A stretch of DNA of 64,000 nucleotides from assembly GCA_963801815.1 (NCBI GenBank), contig CAWDGJ010000003.1:352001-416000 (forward strand). The letters run 5' to 3'. Positions 49,770 through 59,659 of the stretch are shown piece by piece. Each line of letters begins with the position of its first letter. Within the stretch, counting starts at the first letter, position 1. This DNA is from an uncultured Verrucomicrobiae bacterium. GTDB taxonomy: Bacteria > Verrucomicrobiota > Verrucomicrobiia > Chthoniobacterales > UBA10450. Below the pieces are notes generated by a model. That model was not told the DNA's origin, ran no database searches, and saw only the letters and a program-made list of their open reading frames with translations. The translations under genes and the position numbers were made by a program.

Positions 49770-49794
49770 GAGTAAGAGAAAGAGCAAGGTTTCA

Positions 49795-51165
49795 TTGAGA
49801 TTCATTAATCTGACGCGTCGGACTGAAATTGGCGCGAACTCTTACTATTTAGAAACAGCCGATCATCGGCTGATCCTCGACTGCGGGATGCATCCCAAGC
49901 TCCAGGGCGAGGAAGCACTGCCGAACATGAACGCAATCGGCGGCCGGCGCCTGGACGCTATCATCATCTCGCATGCGCATCAGGACCACATCGGGACGCT
50001 GCCGGTCTTGATGCGTCGCCAGCCGCAGGCCCGTGTTTTCATGACCGAGCCAACCGCCGCGATCGGAAGCGCGCTTCTCCACAACTCCGTGAATGTGATG
50101 ACGCGGCAGCGTGAAGAATTGGGCACGACGCTGTATCCACTTTTCACTCATCGCGAGATCGATCGCGTGAGCGAGCGCTGGCAATTACGCGCCCTGCGGC
50201 AGACTTACACCCTTTCCGGCGAACGGGCTCCCGCCAATTCCAGTGAAACGACTTTCGAGTTTTACGAGGCCGGTCATGTGCTTGGCTCGACTGGAGTGCT
50301 CCTCCGGACCGAAGGCCGGACGGTGTTTTACACCGGCGACGTTAATTTCGATGATCAGACGATCGCGCAGGCGGCCCTGTTTCCCGAGCAAGACATCGAC
50401 ATCCTGATCATGGAATGCACGCGCGGTGACACGCCGGTTCCGCCGGACTGGTCGCGCGTGAGCGAAGAAAAACGTTTTATGCAAGCGATCGAGAGCGCGT
50501 TTACGCGCGGAGGGTGCGTGCTCGTTCCCGTGTTCGCACTCGGCAAAACCCAGGAAGTGCTCGCCATGCTTTATAAACTGCGACGCGAGAAAACTCTCGA
50601 TTTTCCCATTTACATCGGCGGTCTCAGCTCAAAGATCAGCAACATTTATGACGATCGCGCGCAGATGGGGCGCCGCCAGTTGCCGCGATTACAATTGCTC
50701 GACGAGCTGCGGCCGTTTGTTTTGAACGCGGACAGCATTCATGAAGCTCAGGCTCGGCCCGGTCGTGTCTACGCTCTTTCCAGTGGGATGATGACACCGA
50801 AAACTCTCTCCAACATTTTCGCTCAACGAATTGTCGATCAATCCCGGCATTCGATCTTCTTCGTTGGTTATGCCGATCCGGAATCGCCGGCCGGCATTTT
50901 GCGGAACGCGCGCGCTAGTGACGAAGTGACTATTGATTCCGACCATGGCCCGCAACGCGTACAATGCCACATCGAGCAGTTTCAATTCAGCGCGCACGCA
51001 TCGCGGGAATCGCTCATCGGTTTCGCCGAGCGACTCGCGCCGAAGAAGATTGTGCTCGTGCACGGCGATCCGCCAGCGGTGGAGTGGATGCGTGCGCGGC
51101 TGGTGTCCGATTTGCCAAAGTCCGAGGTGATCGTGCCGAAACCGGGCGTGGAATTGGAATTGTGA
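49795..51165 (+). CDS. MBL-fold beta-CASP ribonuclease
   Basis: LDCG, SHAHQDHIG, AGHVLG, YTGD, MECT, VPVFALGK, FSAHA, LVHGD. Confidence 0.92.
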   Translation: MRFINLTRRTEIGANSYYLETADHRLILDCGMHPKLQGEEALPNMNAIGGRRLDAIIISHAHQDHIGTLPVLMRRQPQARVFMTEPTAAIGSALLHNSVNVMTRQREELGTTLYPLFTHREIDRVSERWQLRALRQTYTLSGERAPANSSETTFEFYEAGHVLGSTGVLLRTEGRTVFYTGDVNFDDQTIAQAALFPEQDIDILIMECTRGDTPVPPDWSRVSEEKRFMQAIESAFTRGGCVLVPVFALGKTQEVLAMLYKLRREKTLDFPIYIGGLSSKISNIYDDRAQMGRRQLPRLQLLDELRPFVLNADSIHEAQARPGRVYALSSGMMTPKTLSNIFAQRIVDQSRHSIFFVGYADPESPAGILRNARASDEVTIDSDHGPQRVQCHIEQFQFSAHASRESLIGFAERLAPKKIVLVHGDPPAVEWMRARLVSDLPKSEVIVPKPGVELEL

Positions 51166-51243
51166 TGAGTAAATAGTGATCTTGATCAATAACGAGCAGC
51201 TCGGCCAGAGCCTCTGTTCACTTGTCACAGGTCACTGGTCACT
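51162..51243. repeat. Degenerate inverted heptamer arrays (GTGA.. / ..TCAC)
   Basis: GTGATGAGTAAATAGTGAT ... GTTCACTTGTCACAGGTCACTGGTCACT. Confidence 0.5.
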
Positions 51244-51249
51244 TCTTAA

Positions 51250-52014
51250 ATGAGAGTTGTTTCATGGAACATTAATTCGTTGCGCAAGCGCCAGGACCGA
51301 TTGTTCGAATGGCTCGAGACTACGAAGCCCGACGTGGTTTGTTTGCAGGAGACAAAATGCCCCGACGAACAGTTTCCCGCGCTTTCGTTGCAATCGGCCG
51401 GCTACGATTGCGCCTATCACGGCGAAAAATCCTACAACGGCGTCGCGATTCTTTCGAAAACCAAACTGACCGACGTTCGCGCGTCGCTTTGCGATGAAGT
51501 GGCCGATCCGCAAGCGCGCGTGATTTCTGCAACGGTTGGAGGCGTACGCATCTATTCGGTTTACGCTCCGAACGGTCAGTCCGTTGGTTCGCCAGCTTAC
51601 AAATACAAACTCGAATGGTACGCCCGCCTGCGCGAGTGCCTCGCCAGGGAGAAGGATGTGGACCTCGCCGCCTGCGGCGACTTCAACGTCGCGCCGGAAG
51701 ATGTCGATGTTTATGATCCTGAGCTTTGGCGCGGCGCGATCATGTGTTCGGACGGCGAGCGCGCCGCGTTTCAAAAGCTTTGCCAAATCGGCTTGCGCGA
51801 CACTCTGCGATTGCAGCCGCAACCGCCGGGCGTTTTTACGTGGTGGGACTATCGAATGCTCGCCTTTCCAAAAAATCGCGGACTGCGAATCGATGGAGTT
51901 CTGGCGAGTGAGTCCCTGGCAAAGAAATGCACGGCCGCGGGAGTCGATCGCGAGGTGCGGAAAGGGAAGGATCCTTCCGATCACGCGCCGATTTGGGCGG
52001 AGTTTAAACTGTAG
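51250..52014 (+). CDS. xth: Exodeoxyribonuclease III
   Basis: SWNINS, CLQETK, YNGVAILS, YAPNG, GDFNVAP, TWWDYR, GLRID, SDHAP. Confidence 0.95.
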   Translation: MRVVSWNINSLRKRQDRLFEWLETTKPDVVCLQETKCPDEQFPALSLQSAGYDCAYHGEKSYNGVAILSKTKLTDVRASLCDEVADPQARVISATVGGVRIYSVYAPNGQSVGSPAYKYKLEWYARLRECLAREKDVDLAACGDFNVAPEDVDVYDPELWRGAIMCSDGERAAFQKLCQIGLRDTLRLQPQPPGVFTWWDYRMLAFPKNRGLRIDGVLASESLAKKCTAAGVDREVRKGKDPSDHAPIWAEFKL

Positions 52015-52080
52015 CGGCGCTCTATCAGCGTCGCATTAGTTTCAAAATAAGAGTGCGACGGTCACAGACCGCCGCTACAG
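52009..52080. repeat. GTAG-type REP-like element
   Basis: CTGTAGCGGCGCTCTATCAGCGTCGC ... GCGACGGTCACAGACCGCCGCTACAG; same family as 46324. Confidence 0.75.
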
Positions 52081-52087
52081 AAGAAGC

Positions 52088-53989
52088 GTGACCAACGTGC
52101 CGCAGCTTCGTGTGGCCAACCCGCCGCCAAGATCTCTGTTGGTCTGGGACGGTGCGTGTCATTTCTGTCGACGCTGGGTTGAACGCTGGAAGGAAATCAC
52201 CAGCGGCGACGTCGGTTACGAAGCGTCGCAGAACATCGGCGGAAGATTTCCCGAAATTCCGCGGGAGGAATTTGAGCGCTCGCTAGTTTTGATTGAGTCG
52301 GACGGCAGCGTCTTTACCGGGGCGAAAGCGGTCTTTCGATCTCTGCGATCTCGATCCTCGAAAAGATGGCTCTCCTGGAGTTACGAGCACGTTCCTGGTT
52401 TCGCTGCGGTTTCGGAAAGCTTTTACAAAATCATTACTACCAATCGTCGCGCGGCCTCGACGGTCACGCGACTATTTTGGGGCGAAGATGTTCGACCACC
52501 AACCTATCTCGCCGCGCGGCGCTGGTTTCTTCGCGCGCTTGGTCTGATTTTCCTGATCGCGTTCGTTTCGCTTTGGGTGCAAGTCGATGGACTGATCGGC
52601 TCGGGGGGAATTACGCCGGCAGCCCTATTCCTTCCCGCCGTCCGCGCGCAAATCGGCGACCGCGCATTCTCGGTTCTGCCGACGCTTTGCTGGCTCAGTT
52701 CGAGCGATGCGTTTCTTCATTTTCTCTGCGGTGGCGGCGTTGCCCTTTCGTTGCTTTTGATTTTCGGAATCGCGCCGGCGCTGTCGCTGGCTGGCTTGGT
52801 TGTTTTTTATCTTTCGCTGACAGTGGCCGGACAAACGTTTCTCAGCTTTCAGTGGGACATTTTGCTGATCGAGACAGGGTTTCTGTCGATCTTTCTTGCG
52901 CCATGGCGACTCTGGTGGACCAAAGCAAACGACCCGCCGGTTTCGCGTGCCGCGATGTTTCTGCTCAAATTTTTGCTTTTCAAGCTGATGCTGATGTCGG
53001 GCGTCGTGAAACTCACGAGCTACCAGCTTGTCAGTGACCCCACAGAAGACACTTGGTGGAACCTCACTGCCTTGGACTATCACTATTGGTCCCAACCGCT
53101 ACCGACGGTCTTTGCCTGGTTCACAGACAAAAGTCCCGAGTGGTTCAAACATTTCTCGGTCGCGTTCTGTTTGTTCGTCGAAATCATTGTTCCGTTTTTC
53201 ATTTGGGCGCCGCGCCGGTTGCGATTAATCGCCTGCGCATTGCTGATTTTCCTGCAGGTGATGATTGGAGCGACCGGCAATTACAACTTTTTCAATCTTC
53301 TGACGGTCGCGCTGTGTTTGCTGCTGATTGACGATTCGATTTGGCGCCGACGGAGCGGCGCCCTCCAAAGAAATGAAGGGATGCGCTCCGTCGTGTCCCA
53401 TTATTTTTCAGATCGCCTTGCGACCTACGTGGCCATTGTCGTGGTCGTTCTCACGTTGCCAATTAACGCGCGTTTGATTTACAGCGCGTTCGAGCCCGAG
53501 GATGAATGGTCCCCCTTTCTCGGCCGAATGCGGGCTTATGGGGAAACATGTCGAATCGTGAACGGCTACGGACTTTTTCGAGTGATGACGAAGGATCGGA
53601 AAGAAATCGTGATCGAAGGCAGCGCGGATGGAATCGATTGGAAACCATACGAGTTCAAATGGAAACCGGGCGATGTGATGCGTGCACCGGGCTGGTGTCA
53701 GCCGCATCAACCGCGGCTCGACTGGCAAATGTGGTTCGCAGCGCTGGGGTCGTATCGGCAAAATCCGTGGTTTGTGCAGACGGTAATCGCGTTATTGCAC
53801 GGTAAACCCGCAGTCGTCGCACTTTTCGAACGGAATCCGTTTCCGGAAACTCCACCGCGATATGTTCGCGCGACCTTTTATCAGTATTGGTTCACAAGTG
53901 CTGAGGAACATCGACAAACCGGCGCGTGGTGGAAGCGTCAGAGGCTCGGCGAATATTTGCCAAGCATTTCACTCGAAGACGTTCAATAG
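52088..53989 (+). CDS. DCC1-like thiol-disulfide oxidoreductase domain fused to lipase maturation factor family domain
   Basis: [73 protein letters not shown]. Confidence 0.9.
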   Translation: MTNVPQLRVANPPPRSLLVWDGACHFCRRWVERWKEITSGDVGYEASQNIGGRFPEIPREEFERSLVLIESDGSVFTGAKAVFRSLRSRSSKRWLSWSYEHVPGFAAVSESFYKIITTNRRAASTVTRLFWGEDVRPPTYLAARRWFLRALGLIFLIAFVSLWVQVDGLIGSGGITPAALFLPAVRAQIGDRAFSVLPTLCWLSSSDAFLHFLCGGGVALSLLLIFGIAPALSLAGLVVFYLSLTVAGQTFLSFQWDILLIETGFLSIFLAPWRLWWTKANDPPVSRAAMFLLKFLLFKLMLMSGVVKLTSYQLVSDPTEDTWWNLTALDYHYWSQPLPTVFAWFTDKSPEWFKHFSVAFCLFVEIIVPFFIWAPRRLRLIACALLIFLQVMIGATGNYNFFNLLTVALCLLLIDDSIWRRRSGALQRNEGMRSVVSHYFSDRLATYVAIVVVVLTLPINARLIYSAFEPEDEWSPFLGRMRAYGETCRIVNGYGLFRVMTKDRKEIVIEGSADGIDWKPYEFKWKPGDVMRAPGWCQPHQPRLDWQMWFAALGSYRQNPWFVQTVIALLHGKPAVVALFERNPFPETPPRYVRATFYQYWFTSAEEHRQTGAWWKRQRLGEYLPSISLEDVQ

Positions 53990-54045
53990 ATCGATATAAC
54001 CAGGTTCGTTTGAGGCCGCATCGTTTGGGGATATATTTCGGCGCG

Positions 54046-54264
54046 ATGCCGAAGGAAGAACAGATCGTGATGGAAGGGACGGTGACCCAGGTGCTTCCGG
54101 GCACGATGTTCCGGGTCGATCTCGCCGGCCAACGCACTGTTCTCGCCCACATCTCCGGCAAAATGCGGAAACATTTCATTCGCATCGTCCCCGGTGACAA
54201 AGTCTCGGTGGAGCTTTCCCCTTACGATCTGACCAAGGCGCGGATCATTTTCCGGGAGCAGTAG
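54046..54264 (+). CDS. infA: Translation initiation factor IF-1
   Basis: [52 protein letters not shown]. Confidence 0.97.
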   Translation: MPKEEQIVMEGTVTQVLPGTMFRVDLAGQRTVLAHISGKMRKHFIRIVPGDKVSVELSPYDLTKARIIFREQ

Positions 54265-54282
54265 AGTGCGGAGCCTTTGCGG

Positions 54283-54345
54283 TGTAGCCACGGGCCTGTG
54301 GCGCGTCCAAGAAAGACCCAGACGGCCCACAGGGCCGTAGCTACA
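54283..54345. repeat. GTAG-type REP-like element
   Basis: TGTAGCCACGGGCCTGTGGCGCGTC ... GACGGCCCACAGGGCCGTAGCTACA. Confidence 0.7.
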
Positions 54346-54429
54346 ACCGGACTGGTAGTCGGGCGCGCGATTTGCTCAGAATCGCAAGCGCGCGGATAGT
54401 TCCGGTAACGAAATCAATTGGAGAACTTT

Positions 54430-54783
54430 ATGGCAGAAGAAAACAAATCACATCGAGGCTCTGTGGCGGGTGACGCGCAGAACAAATTCGAGAGCAGTAA
54501 GACACACGCACGCAAAGCGGCGGAGGATTTACGGGACGCAGCCGAAGCCGTCGCCGGCGAGTATCGCGGCAAGGCCGAACAGGTTTGGAACGACGCCCGC
54601 GGCAAAGCTGAGAAGGCTTGGACAGACGCCCGTGGACGGGCCGAGGACGCCTGGGGCGATGCGCGCACGCGCGCACGTACGTTTCAGGACGATGCGGAAC
54701 AATACGTTCGCGAAAATCCGACCAAGGCAATCTTTACCGCGCTCGGCGTGGGATTCGTCTTGGGACTGATCTTCCGGCGCTGA
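54430..54783 (+). CDS. DUF883 (ElaB/YqjD-like) protein
   Basis: Helical repeats then YVRENPTKAIFTALGVGFVLGLIFRR. Confidence 0.88.
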   Translation: MAEENKSHRGSVAGDAQNKFESSKTHARKAAEDLRDAAEAVAGEYRGKAEQVWNDARGKAEKAWTDARGRAEDAWGDARTRARTFQDDAEQYVRENPTKAIFTALGVGFVLGLIFRR

Positions 54784-54797
54784 TCGCGCTTTACTGA

Positions 54798-55226
54798 ATG
54801 GCTGGCGAAACTGCGCCGTCGCCGGGTCGGCCGCGCCATACCGGGCTCATCGGAAGTTTGGTCGCGCTCGCAAGCGCGCTTGCCGACTTTTTCGAAAGCC
54901 GGGCCGCGTTGCTGGCGACAGAATCGAAAGGAGCGCTCGTCCAATTTTTGGTCGCGGCAGTTTGCCTGGTCGCGGCAGTTTTGTTTTTTGCGTTTGGCTA
55001 CCTTTTCTTGCTGGCGACGGTCGTTGTCGCAATTGCGCACATGGCGAATGTTTCGTGGTTGTGGATGGCGCTGGCGGCGGCCGGGCTGCATTTCCTGATC
55101 GCGCTTATTTTTCTGCTCGTTGCTGGAACTGGAATTAAACGTCCGATATTTCGCGGAACACTGACGGAGCTAAAGAAAGACCGAGAATGGCTAAAAAACC
55201 TGGAAGCAAATCAGCCGCGGAATTGA
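54798..55226 (+). CDS. YqjE-like membrane protein (holin-like family)
   Basis: R..L...E, two TM helices, F..TL.EL.KDREWL; follows DUF883. Confidence 0.8.
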   Translation: MAGETAPSPGRPRHTGLIGSLVALASALADFFESRAALLATESKGALVQFLVAAVCLVAAVLFFAFGYLFLLATVVVAIAHMANVSWLWMALAAAGLHFLIALIFLLVAGTGIKRPIFRGTLTELKKDREWLKNLEANQPRN

Positions 55227-55579
55227 GAGAAGAAATCGACCGTTCGCGCCAGGACGTGGAGCGCCGGCTCGTTCGCGTCCGCGAAGAAGCTGATCTCCCA
55301 CGCAAGATCCGGCGATCGGTCCGGCGCGCACCGGTGCCCTGGATTGTCGGTGCGATCGCGGTCGGACTGCTTGTAACTGCCGTCGTGACACGGAAGAAAA
55401 AAATCGTTGTCGATGCAAAGGGCCGATCGAAACCCAAGGGAACATTGCTGGAGGCTGGATTTCTCCTCGGGGCATTGCGTATCGCGGCCACCTTGCTCAA
55501 ACCAGTCGTGGTGAACTTGGTCGAGAAAAAGTTTGGTGATTACGTACGCCGCGAGCGCTCCGGATCGAAAGCTTTTTAA
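55187..55579 (+). CDS. Hypothetical YqjK/DUF3618-like protein
   Basis: Coiled N-terminus (ELREEIDRSR), PVPWIVGAIAVGLL TM; third gene of the DUF883 triplet. Confidence 0.7.
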   Translation: MAKKPGSKSAAELREEIDRSRQDVERRLVRVREEADLPRKIRRSVRRAPVPWIVGAIAVGLLVTAVVTRKKKIVVDAKGRSKPKGTLLEAGFLLGALRIAATLLKPVVVNLVEKKFGDYVRRERSGSKAF

Positions 55580-55621
55580 GTTTACGCGCAGCGCGGTCCG
55601 GCATAAAACGGATGGCGCGTC

Positions 55622-56704
55622 ATGCCCCCCAGACCGCATCCGCTTCGGCACGTCGATGAGTATCTTGAGGCCGGCCAGCAGGCCGGCGCATCAGATATTC
55701 ATCTTGGTGTAAACACGCCGCCGATTTGGCGATTGCATGGAACGCTGGAGCCGATCTGGCCGGACACACCGCGCTTCACCGCCGAACAAACTCTCGCTCT
55801 GGCCGAAGGTTTCCTTTCGAACTCGTACAAAACACAATTGAACGAGCGCGGCGACGCCAATTTCGCCTACGCGAATTCATTCGGCCGTTATCGCACCAGC
55901 GTCGTGCGACAGCGGCGCGGAGTCGATCTCGTGTTTCGGATCATCAACGCAAAAGTGCAGACGATGAACGAGCTCGGCTTGCCCGAGCATCTCAAGTCAC
56001 TAGCGCGCTTTCAAAACGGATTGGTCCTCGTAACCGGTTCGGTCGGTAGCGGAAAATCAACGACCCTCGCGGCGCTGGTCGAACAAGTGAACATCGAACG
56101 GCGCGAACATATCATCACGCTCGAGGATCCGATCGAGTATGTTTTCGAACCGAAGGGTTGTCACATTACCCAACGCGAAGTCCACACGCACACACGCTCG
56201 TTTGCCGCCGCCCTGAGAGGTGCGCTTCGCGAAGATCCGGACGTAATCATGGTCGGCGAGATGCGCGATCTGGAAACAATCTCGCTCGCCATCACCGCGG
56301 CGGAGACTGGCCACCTGGTTTTGGGAACGCTCCACACCGGAAACGCTTCGCGCACGCTCGACCGGTTACTCGATGTCTTTCCGCCGGACCAACAGGCGCA
56401 GATTCGCATCATGGTCAGCGAATCGCTGCGCGGCGTGATCAGTCAGCAACTGATTCCGCGTATCGAAGGCAATGGGCGCGTGCTCGCGCTGGAAATTTTT
56501 ACGAACACTCCAGCCGTCGCCAATGTAATTCGCGAAGCAAAGACCTACATGCTCCCAGGAATTATCCAGACCGGAAGAAAACAGGGAATGCAACTAATGG
56601 ACGACGCGCTTGTAGGCCTGTGTAACTGCGGCCTGATCAGCTCTGACGAAGCCTTCGCGCGTGCGGAACACAAACAGGAAATGAAGCGGCGTCTGAGAAC
56701 GTGA
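55622..56704 (+). CDS. pilT: Type IV pilus retraction ATPase PilT family
   Basis: ASDIHL, TGSVGSGKSTT, TLEDPIEY, QREV, ALREDPD, GEMRD, TLHT. Confidence 0.92.
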   Translation: MPPRPHPLRHVDEYLEAGQQAGASDIHLGVNTPPIWRLHGTLEPIWPDTPRFTAEQTLALAEGFLSNSYKTQLNERGDANFAYANSFGRYRTSVVRQRRGVDLVFRIINAKVQTMNELGLPEHLKSLARFQNGLVLVTGSVGSGKSTTLAALVEQVNIERREHIITLEDPIEYVFEPKGCHITQREVHTHTRSFAAALRGALREDPDVIMVGEMRDLETISLAITAAETGHLVLGTLHTGNASRTLDRLLDVFPPDQQAQIRIMVSESLRGVISQQLIPRIEGNGRVLALEIFTNTPAVANVIREAKTYMLPGIIQTGRKQGMQLMDDALVGLCNCGLISSDEAFARAEHKQEMKRRLRT

Positions 56705-56847
56705 AGTCCCAGTGCCCAAATCCCAGGCTCCAGGCAAATCCCAAACCTAAAACCCCAAAATGACAGTTTTGGGCTCGCGCCGATTTTTTGGTTTTGAATT
56801 TGGGAATTGGAACTTGTTTGGGCTTTGGAACTTGGGATTTGGAATTT
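56704..56847. repeat. Inverted pair of heptamer arrays (AAATCCC / GGGATTT)
   Basis: CCCAAATCCCAGGCTCCAGGCAAATCCCAAACC ... TTTGGGAATTGGAACTTGTTTGGGCTTTGGAACTTGGGATTTGGAATTT. Confidence 0.75.
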
Positions 56848-56851
56848 CGTG

Positions 56852-58024
56852 ATGGCTAAACTGGATCAACTCCTGGAAGTGCTCGTGAAAGAGGGCGGTT
56901 CCGATTTGCACATAGCCGAAGGGCAGTCGCCCAAGATGCGCAAGCACGGCGACATCGCGCCGATTCGTGACGCGCCGCTCGGCCGCGACGAAACGATGTC
57001 GATGTTGCGCGAGGTTTGCGGCGAACCCAAATGGCAAACCTTCGACGAGCACGGTGACCTCGATTTCGCCTACGAAATGGACGCAGCGTCGCGCTTCCGC
57101 TGCAATTACTTGAAGCAGACGCACGGCTACGGCGCGGTTTTTCGGTTGATTCCGACAAGGATCGCGACGCTCGAGCAGCTTGGAATTCCGCCGGTGGCAA
57201 AGGAATTCGTCGATTTGCGGGGCGGCCTGGTCCTCGTCACCGGGCCGACCGGTTCCGGAAAATCAACGACGCTGGCGGCGCTGATCGATTACATCAACGG
57301 AAATTTCTCGCGTCATATCATCACCATCGAGGAACCAATTGAGTTCGTACACGGCAACAAGCGCAGCATCATCACGCAGCGGGAAATCCCTGGCGACGCA
57401 CAATCTTTCCCAGTCGCGTTAAAAGCCGCGTTACGCGAAGATGCCGATATCGTGCTGGTCGGTGAGATGCGGGATCTCGAAACCGTTTCCATGGCGCTGA
57501 CCGCAGCGGAAACCGGTTTGCTTGTTTTTGGAACTTTGCACACCAACAATGCGCGCAAGACGGTCGACCGAATGGTGGATGTTTTCCCGGCGTCGAAGCA
57601 ACCGCAGGCGCGCGCGATGCTGGCCAATTCGTTGCGCGGGGTGCTCGCGCAATTGCTGTTGAAGGAAGCGGACGGCGCGGGTCGAATTGCCGTTCACGAG
57701 ATCCTCATCGCGAACCCTGCGGTGTCGGCGATTATTCGTGAGGGCGCGACACAGAAGCTTCAGGACGTGATCGTTTCCGGCAAAGGGCAGGGGATGCAAT
57801 TTATGGACGACGCGATTTTCGCGCTGTTAAAGAACGGAACGGTCACGGCGCATGAAGCGTTCATGAAAGCAATCGATAAGAATCGATTCAAACAATTTCT
57901 CCCGGCCGAAGATCAAAGCCTGGGTAATTCCGCCGGCGCTCCGCCTGACAACGAGAAGCGATTGTCGGGCAATTTCATGAAGGCCGCCCGGGGAAACGCG
58001 ATCAAGCCTCTGCCGCCTCACTGA
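56852..58024 (+). CDS. Second PilT/PilU family ATPase
   Basis: GSDLH, TGPTGSGKSTT, EEPIEF, ALREDAD, GEMRD, TLHT. Confidence 0.92.
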   Translation: MAKLDQLLEVLVKEGGSDLHIAEGQSPKMRKHGDIAPIRDAPLGRDETMSMLREVCGEPKWQTFDEHGDLDFAYEMDAASRFRCNYLKQTHGYGAVFRLIPTRIATLEQLGIPPVAKEFVDLRGGLVLVTGPTGSGKSTTLAALIDYINGNFSRHIITIEEPIEFVHGNKRSIITQREIPGDAQSFPVALKAALREDADIVLVGEMRDLETVSMALTAAETGLLVFGTLHTNNARKTVDRMVDVFPASKQPQARAMLANSLRGVLAQLLLKEADGAGRIAVHEILIANPAVSAIIREGATQKLQDVIVSGKGQGMQFMDDAIFALLKNGTVTAHEAFMKAIDKNRFKQFLPAEDQSLGNSAGAPPDNEKRLSGNFMKAARGNAIKPLPPH

Positions 58025-58177
58025 TTGTCGAAGACCGTCTCAACGACTCAACTGGCCGACATGCCCCATCGATCGGCGGTTGGTGAGGCACTTTGTCAGA
58101 TCTGCCCTACTTTCTGATCAACGGGAAGGATTCGGGGCACAATTCGGCCCACGTTCTGCTAATTATCTCTGGTAATT

Positions 58178-58561
58178 ATGCAAATCCTGGTTGTTGAGGA
58201 TGAAAAAGCGGTCGGGCACATGATTGCAATGGTGCTCGGAGGTCCAGCCTCCAAGGTGGTTCGCGCGAATAGCGGCTGGGAAGCACTCATCAAGATCGGC
58301 GCTATGGCGCGGCCTTTTGATGTTGTTATCACCGACCACCGAATGCCGCGTATGACCGGTCTCGAATTGGTCCGTCAGCTCCGGACGAAAAACTTTCTCG
58401 GCAAGATTTTCGTTTTGTCGGCTTATCTCTCGGATGAGGACATTCAAGCTTACGAACAATTGGGCGTGGACATGATGATGTCCAAACCGTTCGACTTTGA
58501 AGAGCTGCAACAGGCAATGGAGGTTCTCGATAAGAAACCCTCAGTCCTCGCAACCGCGTAG
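58178..58561 (+). CDS. Single-domain response regulator
   Basis: ILVVEDE, ITDHRMP, LSA, SKPF. Confidence 0.9.
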   Translation: MQILVVEDEKAVGHMIAMVLGGPASKVVRANSGWEALIKIGAMARPFDVVITDHRMPRMTGLELVRQLRTKNFLGKIFVLSAYLSDEDIQAYEQLGVDMMMSKPFDFEELQQAMEVLDKKPSVLATA

Positions 58562-58651
58562 GATTCAGCCGGCCCAACGAGAGATAACGTCACTCCGGAA
58601 GCTTGCGGAGCTGGCTCCATCAAACATCGGTTCCGTTGGCTTTGTCGTTGG

Positions 58652-59404
58652 TTAGACAGCAGATTCCAACAGCGGTGGTGAAGAGCCAAGCACGTAGATC
58701 GACCAGGGAGCCACCGTGGTCTCCGATACCCATGCCACGTCCTCATTTGATCGCCCAAGCGGCTGATGCATCTCGTGGACAACTAAACCCGCTCGCGCGT
58801 ACATGCGGCGGTAATCGGCATCCGAGCACATCACATCCTCCACCGGACGTTTGTCGGGGACATCCAGCATGACGATCTGCACGCGATCCCCACTTTTGGC
58901 CAATCGGTTAGCCGGAAAATCGCGGGTGGAGAATGATGTCCATTCATGCACATAGATCGCCGGGTCCGATACAAGGTTCACAAAGCAACCGGAGGGCATT
59001 AGCAGCGAGCCCAATGTTCGCAAAAGATCCTGCTTGCGCTCGGCAGTCGGAATATTGTCGAACGTGAACGCGGCGAAAATCAAATCGAAGGAAGCCTTTG
59101 GCAGGCGACTCAGGTCGCTTTCGCCAAGAAGTTCGTAGCGCCCGCCTGGATCTTGGCCACGAGCGCGCTCCAGCATTTCAGCCGCAATGTCAACGCCTAG
59201 GACGTCGAAGCCGATGTCCCGCAGAAATCGCGTAGACCGTCCCGTGCCGCATCCGAAGTCTAGGGCGATTCTGCCGGCAACATGCTTGCGAATGAGGCTT
59301 GGAAGGTCTCGAAAAGCTAGAAAGTAGGTACCTGGGAACTCGAGCTGCGCATACGCGTCGGCTCGTTCACGATCAGCGTAGACGTTCGGGAAGGAATCAC
59401 TCAT
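58652..59404 (-). CDS. Class I SAM-dependent methyltransferase
   Basis: LDFGCGTG, GVDI..ML, FDLI. Confidence 0.9.
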   Translation of the reverse strand: MSDSFPNVYADRERADAYAQLEFPGTYFLAFRDLPSLIRKHVAGRIALDFGCGTGRSTRFLRDIGFDVLGVDIAAEMLERARGQDPGGRYELLGESDLSRLPKASFDLIFAAFTFDNIPTAERKQDLLRTLGSLLMPSGCFVNLVSDPAIYVHEWTSFSTRDFPANRLAKSGDRVQIVMLDVPDKRPVEDVMCSDADYRRMYARAGLVVHEMHQPLGRSNEDVAWVSETTVAPWSIYVLGSSPPLLESAV

Positions 59405-59582
59405 GGACGACTATCGCTGCAGGCTAACGAGAATTGTGCCTAAAAATTGCGGCTTTAAAGACGCAATTTCTTGGTCTAATCCGGTAATTTGCTGGGAGGG
59501 AAGTGGAGAGGCACTGCATTAAGCCGGATGATGTCAGGTGTTTGATTCCCCTGCAAGCTGCGGTCGGGTTGGCCCCGCTGCG

Positions 59583-59611
59583 TTGACAGTCAAAAACGAC
59601 AGTGATAGTTT
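59583..59611 (+). promoter_or_regulatory. Sigma70-type promoter of the HNH gene
   Basis: TTGACA-N17-TAGTTT with TGn extension; downstream GGAGG RBS before TTG at 59660. Confidence 0.6.
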
Positions 59612-59659
59612 CGCGCCACTTTCCACCGAAAAGGTGGTAAAAGCGCAGGAGGTAAAGAT

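Noticed and set aside
54798..55226. Phage holin implying a prophage
   Set aside because: Part of the chromosomal DUF883/YqjE/YqjK-like triplet; no phage genes nearby.
59499..59570. tRNA-Sec call based on the GGAAG start
   Set aside because: No TCA anticodon arm or matching acceptor 3' strand; kept only as a weak tRNA-like observation.
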